A DNA stretch of 64,000 bases from Paludibaculum sp. (GCA_029973955.1 JARKQJ010000249.1:19030-83029); one strand, 5' to 3'. Shown: positions 52,526-62,160, counted from the first letter of the stretch. Numbers and translations: made by a program. Notes: generated by a model from the letters alone, not told the origin.

Positions 52526-55006
52526 TCAGAGGCGCTCGGAAGCGAGATCGGCGGTGAGGCGGAAGCGCTGGCCGGGCTGTGTGTCAAGTTGAGCGGTTTT
52601 GGCGCCGTATCGAAGCCGGCATGCGCCGCCGAGGCGTGCGGTGATGAGCGCCTCCTTAAGGCGCGAGCCGGACCACTCCATGGACACCTCAAAGCCGCCG
52701 CGCGCGACCAGACCTTTGACCCGGCCCTGAGGCCAGGCCTTGGGGAGGGCGGGGAGGAGGTGGATTTCGCCGGTGTGGCTCTGGAGCAGCATCTCGACCA
52801 CGGCGGCGGTTCCACCGAGGTTGCCGTCGATCTGGTAGATGGCGCCGGTGCCGTTGAAGAAGTTGGGGTGAGTGCTGCGGTTGAGGATGGAGCGGAAGGC
52901 GGCGTAGGCGCGCTCGGCGTCGCCGAGGCGGGACCAGCAGTTGCTCACCCAGGCGCCGGGCCAGCCGCCGTTGGATTTGTTGCGGCGGGTGACGAGGACG
53001 CGCTCGGCTTCGTAGAGGCGCGGGGTGGCGGGGGTGATCTCCGTGCCGGGGTAGAGCGGGTAGAAGGCTGAGGTGTCGTGGCGCGGAGGGTACTCTTCGA
53101 ACTCCTTGTAGTATTCGAGGAGCTGGCCGCGCTGGCCTACCTGGTAGTCCGGGAGTTTGGCGAGCTGGGAGGCGAGCTTTTCGCGGAACGGTGCGTCGAG
53201 GCCGAGCAGGCGGGCGGATTCGATGACGTTGCGGAAGAGTTCGCGGATGATGGCGAGGTCGAGGGTGCAGCCCTGGGCGACGGAGCCTTGCTGGCGGGCG
53301 CCGGCGGCGTCGGTGTAGTAGAAGGCATTCTCCGGGGAAGTGCTGACGGGGGTGGTGAGGCGGCCGGAGCCGTCGTCTTTGAGCCAGCCGGAGTAGAACT
53401 CGGCGGCGGCTTTCATGATGGGGTAGGCGCGGGCGCGGAGGAAGTCGCGATCGTGGGTGAAGCGGTAGTGTTCCCAGAGATGCTGGCAGAACCAGCCGCC
53501 GGCCAAGGGCCAGAAAGAGTAAAGGGCGAGGTTATCGACGGGCTGGGCGTCGCGCCAGATGGTGGTGTTGTGGTGGAGCACCCAGCCGGGCAGGTGATAC
53601 ATGTCTCTGGCGACCTTGCCTCCGGTGGCGGTGAGTTCGCCGAGCATGCGGAAGAGCGGCTCGTGGCACTCGGAGAGGTTGGTGGTCTCGGCGGGCCAGT
53701 AGTTCATCTGGATATTGATGTTGGTGGTGTAGGCGCCGGCCCATGGCGGAATGACGTCTACGTTCCAGATGCCCTGGAGGTTGAGGGGCTGGGAGCCGGG
53801 GCGGGAGCCGGCGATCATGAGGTAGCGGCCGAACTGGAAGTGCAGGGCATCGAGGGCGGTGTCGGGCTGCGTGGCGGCGGCGCGCAGGCGCAGGTCGGTT
53901 GGGGTGTTGGGGGCGGCGCCGAGGTCGAGTTCGACGCGCTGGAAGAGGGACTGGTAGTCCTGGACGTGGGCGTTGCGGAGAGTGGCGTAGGGCTTGCCGG
54001 TGGCGGCGGCGAGGGTGGCGCGGTTCTTCGGCGCGGGGTCGGCGCCGTCGCGGGAAGGGCTCCTGTCGAAACCGTTGTAGCTGGAGGCGACGGCGACGAG
54101 GAGGAGGGCGCTGTTGGCGCCCTGGACGATGAGGCCCGCGGGGGAAGTGGTGACCGTGCCGCCTTCGGTCTGGGCCTGGACGCGGACCTCAAACTTCATG
54201 CCGCGGCCGCCGATGGCATCGCCGTAGAGGACGCGCTGGGCGTTGGGCTTGCGGGTGCCGTCGGAGTTGTAGATCTCGGGGTATTTGCGCTGGTCCCCGA
54301 AGGACTCGATGAAGTCGAATTCGCGGCGGAGGGCGAAGCCGGGCAGTTGGCCGTTGAAGGTGACTTCGTTGGCGGAGGTGGCCGCGGCCTGGAGGGTGGG
54401 GTGGGGCGAGCTGAGTGAGAGTTGGAAGCCGATGCGGCCGGGGGCATCGGCGGTGAGGCGGATGGCGAGGAGGTTGTCGGGGTAGGAGGTAAAAAACTCG
54501 CGTTCGAAGCGCACGCCGCTGTAGACGTAGCGGACGCGGGCGAGTGCGGTGGTCAGGTCGAGTTCGCGGTGGTAGTTGGCGACGTCGTGGGTGGGCGAGA
54601 AGCGGAGGCACAGGTCTCCGAGGGGCTGGTAGCAGGCCTGGGCGCGGCCCATCCAATGTTTGGTGATGAACTCGCCGGCCTCTTTGTACTGGCCGTTGCG
54701 GATCATGGCGGAGACGCGATCGAGATCGGGTGAGACGTCGAGGGGGAGATCGCGATAGCCGGGCTCATCGGAGTAGAGGGTGTCTTCGTTGAGCACGATG
54801 CGTTCTTCCGCGGGGCCGCCGAAGACCATGGCGCCGAGCCGGCCGTTGCCGAGTGGCACGGCCTCCAGCCAGCGGAGGGCAGGCTGGCGGTACCAGAGGG
54901 TGAGCGGGCCCGGCCGTTGGACTTGGGCGAAGGCGGTGCGGCGAAGAGCGGTCAGTGATGAAGCCAGGGCGAAGAAAGTCCGTCGGAGCATACTCCGATT
55001 CTCCAT
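52526..55006 (-). CDS. Glycoside hydrolase family 95, divergent paralogue, Tat-like signal
   Basis: LRRTFF; [55 protein letters not shown]. Confidence 0.93.
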   Translation of the reverse strand: MENRSMLRRTFFALASSLTALRRTAFAQVQRPGPLTLWYRQPALRWLEAVPLGNGRLGAMVFGGPAEERIVLNEDTLYSDEPGYRDLPLDVSPDLDRVSAMIRNGQYKEAGEFITKHWMGRAQACYQPLGDLCLRFSPTHDVANYHRELDLTTALARVRYVYSGVRFEREFFTSYPDNLLAIRLTADAPGRIGFQLSLSSPHPTLQAAATSANEVTFNGQLPGFALRREFDFIESFGDQRKYPEIYNSDGTRKPNAQRVLYGDAIGGRGMKFEVRVQAQTEGGTVTTSPAGLIVQGANSALLLVAVASSYNGFDRSPSRDGADPAPKNRATLAAATGKPYATLRNAHVQDYQSLFQRVELDLGAAPNTPTDLRLRAAATQPDTALDALHFQFGRYLMIAGSRPGSQPLNLQGIWNVDVIPPWAGAYTTNINIQMNYWPAETTNLSECHEPLFRMLGELTATGGKVARDMYHLPGWVLHHNTTIWRDAQPVDNLALYSFWPLAGGWFCQHLWEHYRFTHDRDFLRARAYPIMKAAAEFYSGWLKDDGSGRLTTPVSTSPENAFYYTDAAGARQQGSVAQGCTLDLAIIRELFRNVIESARLLGLDAPFREKLASQLAKLPDYQVGQRGQLLEYYKEFEEYPPRHDTSAFYPLYPGTEITPATPRLYEAERVLVTRRNKSNGGWPGAWVSNCWSRLGDAERAYAAFRSILNRSTHPNFFNGTGAIYQIDGNLGGTAAVVEMLLQSHTGEIHLLPALPKAWPQGRVKGLVARGGFEVSMEWSGSRLKEALITARLGGACRLRYGAKTAQLDTQPGQRFRLTADLASERL

Positions 55007-55032
55007 GGAACGCCTGCCCGGCGGAAGGGTGC

Positions 55033-56139
55033 TCAGGCGCCGGGGCCGGGGTAGAAGTTGCGGAGGTTGGAGCGGTGGATGACGGCGTGGTCGGTGTAGA
55101 CGGCGGGCGGGAGGGGTTGGCCGTCGACGATGGAGGAGGCGAGGCGGATGAGCCGGTCGCCGTAGCGTTCGGGGAAGAAGGCGACGGAAGCGAGGAAGCA
55201 GGAGCCGGAGCGGCGGATGGCGGCGCGGCCTTCGGGGGCGGCGTTATGGCCGACGATGATGACGTCGCGGGCGCGGCTGGCGGCCTCGACGGCTTCGAGG
55301 GCGCCGATGGCGCTGAGGTCGTTGAAGCCGGAGACGAGGATGCGTTTGCCGGGAGGGAGGCGGCGGAGCAGGCGGGCCATGGCCTGGCGGCTGGCGTCGG
55401 TGTGCGCGCCGCCGTCGATGTGAATGACGGCGGAGGGCGGGATGGGGCCGAGGACGTCTTCGAGGCCGACCAGGACTCCGGCGAGGCGGGCCTGGACGCT
55501 GGTGCGCGTTTGCGGGCCTTCGACCAGGACGACACGATCGAAGCGCCCGCGCCAGCGTTCGCGGGCGTAGTGGCCGAGGGTTTGTCCGGCAAGTTTGCCG
55601 GCCTGGTAGTTGTTGGCCCCGAAGTAGATGCCGCCCTGGATGGGGCGCTCCACGGTGAGGAAGGGCACGCGGGCGGAGGCGAGGAGTTCGGCGATCTGAT
55701 AGCCGATGGCTTCGACGGGCTGGAAGAGGATGGCGACATCGACGTGGGCGGCGATGAGTTCGCGGGCGTTGCGCAGGGCGGCGGCGGTGTCGTCTTCGGC
55801 GTTGTGGCGGAGGAGGAGTTCGAGTCCCGCGTTGGCGGCGGCGTGTTCGATGGAGGAGGCGACATCGAGGCGGAACTGGTTGCCTTCGAGCGGGGCGAGG
55901 TAGCCCGCCAGGATGCGCCGGCGGCGGGTGGAGGCGCGGTAGCGCTTGTCTTCGTTGCGCTGAACGTAGCCGCGGTTCTGGAGCGTGTTGAGCAGGCGGT
56001 AGACGGCGAGCCGCTGGAGGCCGGTCTGCGCGGAGATCTCCTGAATGGTGAGCGGTTGGGCGGAGGTCTCGACGGCCTCAAGCACGCTGAGGCCCTTGTC
56101 GAGCATGGTGCGTGCTTGACTTCGAGAGGCGGGTGGCAT
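55033..56139 (-). CDS. Transcriptional regulator: IclR-type HTH fused to a periplasmic-binding-protein type I sugar-binding domain
   Basis: LDKGLSVLEAV...EISAQTGLQRLAVYRLLNTLQNRGYV, then YFGANNYQAGKLAG, GFNDLSAIGALEA, SVAFFPERYG. Confidence 0.85.
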   Translation of the reverse strand: MPPASRSQARTMLDKGLSVLEAVETSAQPLTIQEISAQTGLQRLAVYRLLNTLQNRGYVQRNEDKRYRASTRRRRILAGYLAPLEGNQFRLDVASSIEHAAANAGLELLLRHNAEDDTAAALRNARELIAAHVDVAILFQPVEAIGYQIAELLASARVPFLTVERPIQGGIYFGANNYQAGKLAGQTLGHYARERWRGRFDRVVLVEGPQTRTSVQARLAGVLVGLEDVLGPIPPSAVIHIDGGAHTDASRQAMARLLRRLPPGKRILVSGFNDLSAIGALEAVEAASRARDVIIVGHNAAPEGRAAIRRSGSCFLASVAFFPERYGDRLIRLASSIVDGQPLPPAVYTDHAVIHRSNLRNFYPGPGA

Positions 56140-56169
56140 AGAACTACTGTGCTTCCAATGGACGTCGGC

Positions 56170-56184
56170 GTTCAGTATTTGAAC
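56170..56184. promoter_or_regulatory. Probable IclR-type operator
   Basis: Perfect GTTCA-N5-TGAAC palindrome in the divergent gap between the regulator and the MFS gene. Confidence 0.6.
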
Positions 56185-56252
56185 ATAAGCGGGCTTGCGA
56201 GTTCAAGCAGCCAGGGCCGGATGCCGGCGCGCGCCGCCGGGAAGGAGAGGGC

Positions 56253-57443
56253 GTGATGGAGACAGTGGCGCGGCGAAGGTGGCTGCTGTGCGGGCTGTTG
56301 TTCTGCGCCACGGCGTTGAGCTTCCTGGACCGGCAGGTGCTGAGTGTCCTGGCGCCGAAGCTGATGGCCGAGTTCGGAATGTCGAACACGGAGTATTCGC
56401 GGGTGGTATTCGCGTTCGTGCTGAGCTACACGGTGATGTTTTCGCTGGGCGGCAGGCTGATGGACTGGCTGGGGACGCGGCTGGGGCTGGCGCTGTCTGT
56501 GGGTCTCTGGTCGTTGGCGAGCGCGGCGCATGCGCTGGCGGGCGGAGTGGCGAGTTTGGGCGCGGCGCGGTTCCTGCTGGGGGTGGGCGAAGGGGCTTGT
56601 TTTCCGGCGGTGACGAAGGGGGCGGTGGAGTGGTCGGAACCGCGGCAGCGGGCGCTGGCGGTGGGCTTCGCCAACGGCGGGTCTGCATTTGGGGCGGTGA
56701 TTGCGCCGCCGCTGACGGCCTGGGCGGCGGGCGCGTTGGGGTGGCGCGGGGCGTTTGTGGGGACGGCTTTGATTGGATTGATCTGGCTGGCGGCGTGGCT
56801 GTGGGCCGTGCGCGGAGTGGATGCGGGGCCAACGCAGGAGCGGAGGGCGGTGAGCTTCGGTGCGCTGTTGTCGCGCAGAGAAGTGCGGCGGCTGCTCTAT
56901 GCGCGGTTCCTGTTCGACCCGGTGTTCTACTTCTACATGTTCTGGATTCCGCAGTATCTGTCGAAGGAGCGCGGGTTGTCGCTGCGGGAGATTGGGGCAT
57001 GGACGTGGATTCCGTTCTTCGCGCTGGGCGTAGTGAACGTGACGGCGGGCGGATTTTCAGACAGGCTGGTGGCGCGCGGGTGGGCAACCAGGCGGGCGCG
57101 TCTGGCGATGATGCTGGGCGCGGCGCTGATCACGCCGGCGTCGTACCTGGCGGCCTCGGCGCCAACGGTGGGATCGGCCATCGGACTCATGGCCGTGCTG
57201 ATGATGGCGCACGGAGTGTGGATTGCGAATTTCATCACGCTGATTGGGGATACGGTGGAGCGGCATGAGGTGGCGACGGCGGTGGGGCTGACCGGGACCA
57301 GCGGCGGCGTGGCGGCGATGCTGTCGAATCTGGTGACCGGGCCCGTGATCGATCAGTATTCATTCGCACCGGTGTTTCTGGTGTCGGCGCTGCTTTACCC
57401 GGCCGCGTGGCTGGTGCTGGCGGCGAGAGGAGAGAAGTCATGA
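56253..57443 (+). CDS. MFS sugar/sugar-acid transporter (ExuT/ACS-like)
   Basis: ALSFLDRQVLSVLAP, GRLMDWLGTR, RFLLGVGEGACFP, DPVFYFYMFWIPQYL. Confidence 0.92.
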   Translation: MMETVARRRWLLCGLLFCATALSFLDRQVLSVLAPKLMAEFGMSNTEYSRVVFAFVLSYTVMFSLGGRLMDWLGTRLGLALSVGLWSLASAAHALAGGVASLGAARFLLGVGEGACFPAVTKGAVEWSEPRQRALAVGFANGGSAFGAVIAPPLTAWAAGALGWRGAFVGTALIGLIWLAAWLWAVRGVDAGPTQERRAVSFGALLSRREVRRLLYARFLFDPVFYFYMFWIPQYLSKERGLSLREIGAWTWIPFFALGVVNVTAGGFSDRLVARGWATRRARLAMMLGAALITPASYLAASAPTVGSAIGLMAVLMMAHGVWIANFITLIGDTVERHEVATAVGLTGTSGGVAAMLSNLVTGPVIDQYSFAPVFLVSALLYPAAWLVLAARGEKS

Positions 57444-58888
57444 GAGTTGCGAGACGGAAGGCGCGCACGGCGCGCGTGGGCATCTTCGGTGTGGGCTATC
57501 ACGTCTATTGGGGGCAGTTCCCGGGGCTGCTGGATGAGTTGATGGGCAAGCTGGCGGTGTTCGAACGCAAGGTGCGGGCGACGGGTGTGGAGACCGTCAA
57601 TTTCGGCATGGTGGACAAGGCGCAGGACGCCTACCGGGTGGCGGCGCAGTTGAAGGCCGCCGATCTCGACCTGGTGTTCTGCGACATGCTCACCTATGCC
57701 ACGTCGGCGACGTTCGGGGTGATCGCGCGAAGCCTGGATGTGCCCATCGTGCTGGTGGCGCTGCAGCCGCGCGCGGCGCTGGACTATGCCAATGCCACAA
57801 CGCACATGCAGCTCGCGAATGACGATTTCTGCTCCGTGCCGGAGTTCACGGGGGTGGCCGTGCGCATGGGCAAGCCGGCGCCGGAGGTGATTCTGGGGAC
57901 GCTCGAAAACGATCCGGAGGCCGACGCGGAGATTCGCGACTGGTGCGACGCGGCGATGGCGCTCCATGCCGTGCGGCGTGCGCGGATCGGCCACTTCGGG
58001 CACCCGATCGAGCACATGCTGGACATGCAGACGGACCAGACGGCGCTGACGGCGGCGTTCGGCTGCCACATCGTACAGACGGAGGCGGACGATCTGTTGC
58101 GGCTGGAACGCGGAGTGACGGCCGCAGAGATCGAGGCCAAGCAGGCGGAGATCCTGGACCTGTTCGACACGCCGGATCCGGTCTCCGATCCGTTGACACG
58201 CAAGCTGACGCCGGAGCACCTGGAGACGGCGGCGCGCGTGGCCGTGACGCTGGACAAGTTTGTGGAGCAGCACGAACTGGACGGGCTGGCCTACTACTAC
58301 GAAGGCGAGCCGGGCAGCCGGCTGCGGCAGATTGTGACGAACCTGATTGTGGGCAACTCGCTGCTGACGGCGGCGGGCTTTCCGATGTGCGGCGAATCCG
58401 ATTTGAAGACGTGCATCGCGATGCTGCTGATGGACCGCATCGACATCGGCGGGAGCTTCGCCGAGTTTCATCCGGTGGACTTCCAGGAGGGCTTTGTGCT
58501 GGTGGGCCACGACGGGCCGCACCACATCAACATCGCCGAGGGCAGGCCGGTGCTGCGCAGCCTGGTGAAGTACCACGGCAAGCCGGGCGATGGGGCGGGA
58601 GTCGAGTTCCGCATCAAGGACGGCCCCATCACGATGCTGAGCATTGGGTTGAACAGAGAAGGGCGTTTCCGTTTTGTGCTGGCCGAAGGGCAGAGCGTGC
58701 ACGGGCCGATTCCGGCGACTGGCAACACGAACACGCGCGGATTTTTCGAGCCGGACGTGCGCACGTTTCTGAAGCGCTGGGTAGCGGCCGGACCGACACA
58801 CCATTTCGCGCTGGGCATCGGTCACAGGGCGCGGACGCTGGAGCGGATTGCGGCGGCGCTGGGCGTGGAAGCGGTAGTAGTGCGATAG
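57440..58888 (+). CDS. L-fucose/L-arabinose isomerase-family protein (cytoplasmic)
   Basis: YWGQFPGL, DFCSVPE, MCGESDLKTC, SFAEFHP, VGHDGPHH, GNTNTRG, GPTHHFALG; start overlaps the MFS stop. Confidence 0.88.
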   Translation: MRVARRKARTARVGIFGVGYHVYWGQFPGLLDELMGKLAVFERKVRATGVETVNFGMVDKAQDAYRVAAQLKAADLDLVFCDMLTYATSATFGVIARSLDVPIVLVALQPRAALDYANATTHMQLANDDFCSVPEFTGVAVRMGKPAPEVILGTLENDPEADAEIRDWCDAAMALHAVRRARIGHFGHPIEHMLDMQTDQTALTAAFGCHIVQTEADDLLRLERGVTAAEIEAKQAEILDLFDTPDPVSDPLTRKLTPEHLETAARVAVTLDKFVEQHELDGLAYYYEGEPGSRLRQIVTNLIVGNSLLTAAGFPMCGESDLKTCIAMLLMDRIDIGGSFAEFHPVDFQEGFVLVGHDGPHHINIAEGRPVLRSLVKYHGKPGDGAGVEFRIKDGPITMLSIGLNREGRFRFVLAEGQSVHGPIPATGNTNTRGFFEPDVRTFLKRWVAAGPTHHFALGIGHRARTLERIAAALGVEAVVVR

Positions 58889-58903
58889 GGGAGGAGTGTG
58901 GCC

Positions 58904-61900
58904 ATGAAGTACGCGGCATTGATTCTGCTGATGGCGCCGGCGCTGCTGGCGCAGGAGCGCCAGACGCCGAACCTGGAAGAGGGGTTCCGCAGGCCGCCGC
59001 AACTGGCGAAGCCGGACACGTACTGGCTGTGGATGAACGGCTATGTGGATCCGCCATCGGCGGAGAAGGACCTGCAGGCGTTGAAAGACGCGGGCTTCGG
59101 CGGCGTGCTTGTGTTCGACATGGGCGCGGGCGGAGACAAGGCGGCGCGTCCACCGGCCGGGCCGGCGTTTCTGAGCCAGGAATGGCTGGCGAACCTGAAA
59201 CGCTCGGCGGCGCGGGCGCGCGCGCTGGGGTTGGCGATGGATCTATCGGTGATCAGCAGTTGGGATCTGGGCGGGCACTGGATTGAGCCGCGACACGCGA
59301 GCATGGGTCTCTACCCGGTGGAGATGACGGTGGAAGGGGGGCGCAGGGTGGAAGCGGAGTTGCCGTTCCCGATCGCCTCGCCCGCGGCGCCGAAGGGGGC
59401 GGATGGCAAGCCGGCGTTCTGGCGCGACGAGGCGATTCTGGCGGTGCGGGATGCGAAGCGGCGGCCGGGGCACGAACTGGTGCTGCGGCTGATTCCGGAC
59501 CAGGTACACGAGTTGAAGGAAGTGGTGCTGGACAACGGCTCGCCGAACGCTCCGGCGGAGTTGGCGGCGAAGATGACGCCCACGAGAGAGTTCAGCGTGG
59601 CGGTGTCGGCGGAGGGATCGAGGGAAGAGGATTTCCGGGAGGTTGTGCGCGGGACGCTGGCGGCGGCGGCGGGAGCGCAGCGGTTTGCGCTGCCGGCCGG
59701 GACGCGCGGGCGGTTTGTGCGGCTGCGCCTGCTCAGCGGGCAGGACGGCGCGCGGCCGCATTGGACTTTGGCAGAGTTCGGGCTGTACAACATGGCCGGG
59801 CAGAACGTGGTGATGGGCCGTTCCGCGGACAACACGACCAACGGCGCCGCGGTGATTCACGCGCCGACGCCGATCGGCTACGACGGGCAATGGAGCGTGG
59901 AGAACCTGAACGACGGCGCCACGAGCGGCGCGGGGGGTGTGTTCGCTTCAGCGGGCCTGCCGCCGTTTGCCTTTGATGGACCGGCGGAACTGCTGGACGT
60001 TTCGAAACAGGTGGACGCCGGGGGCCGGTTGCGATGGGACGCGCCGCCGGGCCGCTGGACGATTCTGCGCTATATCTGCATGAATACGGGTGAGCGGCTG
60101 AAGGTGCCCAGCCCGAACTCCGATGGCTGGGCGACCGACCACTTGAACGCCGAGGCGACGCGCGCGCACATGGATTACGTCATCGCGCGGCTCAAGGAGG
60201 CGTTCGGCAACGACCTGCGGACGAGCGGCATCGGGAGCCTGTACCTGGCGAGCTATGAGGTGCGCGGGCCGGTGTGGTCGCCCGGATTCACGGCGGAGTT
60301 TCAGCGGCGGCGCGGCTACAGCATGACGCCGTATCTGCCGGCGGTCTTCGGCGCGCGGGTGGGGAGCGAAGACGCGACGGAGCGGTTTCTGTTCGACTAC
60401 CGCAAGACGCTGGGCGAGGTGCTGGTGGACGCCTACTATGGAGCGGCGCGCGAAGCGGCGCACGCGGCCGGGTTGACGATCAAATCGGAAGCGGGCGGGC
60501 CGGGACCTCCCATCCACAATGTGCCGGTGGACGCGCTGCTGGCCGACAAGGCGGTGGATGAGGTTCAGGGCGAGTTCTGGCCGTGGTGGCCAAAGGTGAG
60601 CGGGCTGTGGGTGGTGAAGGAGACGGCGTCGGCCGGGCACCTGTATGCGAAGCCGCGGGTACACATGGAGTCTTTCACGTCGTTTGAGCATTGGCGGGAA
60701 GGGCCGCAGGATATCAAGTGGAGTGCGGACCGGGTGATGGTGGAAGGCGCGAATCACTTTGTGTGGCACACGTGGGCGCACAGCGCGCCGGAGGCGGGGC
60801 TGCCGGGGTGGGCTTATGTGGCCGGCACTCATCTGAACAGGAACGTGACCTGGTGGCCGTTGGTGAAGCCGTTTGCGGAGTATCTGGGGCGCTCGTCGTT
60901 TCTCTTGCAACAGGGCGAGTTTGTGGCGGAGATCCTCTACTGTTACGGCGACGGCGGATACAAGTTCATCCCGCCGCGGCACCTGGATCCGGCCGGCTAC
61001 GACTACGACGTGGCGAACTCCGACGTGATTCTGAACCGGCTGAGCGTGAAGAACGGTCGGCTCAGCGTGCCGGGTGGGCCGAGCTATGCCGTCCTGGTGA
61101 TGCCGGATGAGGCGGGGGCGAACCCGGCGGTGCTTGCGAAGATCGCGCAACTCGTAGCCGAGGGCGCGACGGTGGTGGGGCCGCGGCCCCGGCGGGCGCT
61201 GGGGCTGGAGGATTTTCCGGAGAGCGACCGGCGGGTGCGCGAACTGGCCGCGCGGGTGTGGGGCGAGGAGGAGACGGCGAGCGGAGCCCGGGTGTACGGC
61301 AAGGGGCGGGTGATCTGGGGCAGTCCGCTGAAGGACGTGCTGGCGGGAATGAAGATCGCGCCGGATTTCGTGGGGCCGGAGAGCTTCGATTTCATCCACC
61401 GGAGCACGCCGGAGGCGGAGATCTACTTCGTGAGGAATACGACGGCGCAGGCGGCCAGGGGAATGGCGAAGTTTCGGGTGGCTGGACGCGTGCCGGAGCT
61501 GTGGAACCCGGTGACGGCGGCGATGGAGGACGCGGCGGAGTACACCGTCACGGCGGAGGGCGTGGAGGTGCCGCTGGAGTTCGACCGGAACGGATCTGTG
61601 TTTGTCGTGTTCCGGCGGCGGGCGCGGGAAGGCGCGGTGCGGAAGCCCCAGGCGCCGGAGGTGGAGCTGATGACGCTCGAGGGTGGGTGGAAGGTGGAGT
61701 TTGAGAAAGGCCGGGGCGCGCCGCCCGGCATGGCGATGGAGCGGCTGACTCCGTGGAGTGAGAACCCGAACGAAGGGATCAAGTATTTCGCCGGCACGGC
61801 GCGGTACAGCAGGAGTTTTGAGTTCGCCGCGGGCGAGAGGAAGGCGGGGCAGAGGGTGTTTCTCGACTTGGGGGACCTGTGGACCATCGGCGAGGCTTGG

Positions 61901-62158
61901 CTGAACGGGAAGCCGCTGGGGATCGTGTGGACGGCGCCGTTCCGGGTGGACTGCACCAGCGCGCTGCAGGAGGGGGCGAATGAACTGGTGGTGGAGGTGA
62001 CCAACACCTGGTACAACCGGCTGGTGGGTGACGCGCGGCTGCCGGCGGAGAAGAGGATCACGCGGACCAACGTGGTGGGCTCGGGGCAGAAGCCCTGGGC
62101 TCAACTGCCGCCGCTGCGGTCCGGTCTCTTCGGGCCGGTGCGGCTGGTGGCGAGGTAG
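58904..62158 (+). CDS. Glycoside hydrolase family 106 (alpha-L-rhamnosidase-like) with an inserted discoidin-like domain
   Basis: Signal peptide; KPDTYWLWMNG, GFGGVLVFD, SYE, QGEFW, KETASAGHLY, ESFT, GYDYD, YFAGTARY, LDLG, NELVVEVTNTWYNRLVGD. Confidence 0.88.
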   Translation: MKYAALILLMAPALLAQERQTPNLEEGFRRPPQLAKPDTYWLWMNGYVDPPSAEKDLQALKDAGFGGVLVFDMGAGGDKAARPPAGPAFLSQEWLANLKRSAARARALGLAMDLSVISSWDLGGHWIEPRHASMGLYPVEMTVEGGRRVEAELPFPIASPAAPKGADGKPAFWRDEAILAVRDAKRRPGHELVLRLIPDQVHELKEVVLDNGSPNAPAELAAKMTPTREFSVAVSAEGSREEDFREVVRGTLAAAAGAQRFALPAGTRGRFVRLRLLSGQDGARPHWTLAEFGLYNMAGQNVVMGRSADNTTNGAAVIHAPTPIGYDGQWSVENLNDGATSGAGGVFASAGLPPFAFDGPAELLDVSKQVDAGGRLRWDAPPGRWTILRYICMNTGERLKVPSPNSDGWATDHLNAEATRAHMDYVIARLKEAFGNDLRTSGIGSLYLASYEVRGPVWSPGFTAEFQRRRGYSMTPYLPAVFGARVGSEDATERFLFDYRKTLGEVLVDAYYGAAREAAHAAGLTIKSEAGGPGPPIHNVPVDALLADKAVDEVQGEFWPWWPKVSGLWVVKETASAGHLYAKPRVHMESFTSFEHWREGPQDIKWSADRVMVEGANHFVWHTWAHSAPEAGLPGWAYVAGTHLNRNVTWWPLVKPFAEYLGRSSFLLQQGEFVAEILYCYGDGGYKFIPPRHLDPAGYDYDVANSDVILNRLSVKNGRLSVPGGPSYAVLVMPDEAGANPAVLAKIAQLVAEGATVVGPRPRRALGLEDFPESDRRVRELAARVWGEEETASGARVYGKGRVIWGSPLKDVLAGMKIAPDFVGPESFDFIHRSTPEAEIYFVRNTTAQAARGMAKFRVAGRVPELWNPVTAAMEDAAEYTVTAEGVEVPLEFDRNGSVFVVFRRRAREGAVRKPQAPEVELMTLEGGWKVEFEKGRGAPPGMAMERLTPWSENPNEGIKYFAGTARYSRSFEFAAGERKAGQRVFLDLGDLWTIGEAWLNGKPLGIVWTAPFRVDCTSALQEGANELVVEVTNTWYNRLVGDARLPAEKRITRTNVVGSGQKPWAQLPPLRSGLFGPVRLVAR

Positions 62159-62160
62159 TT

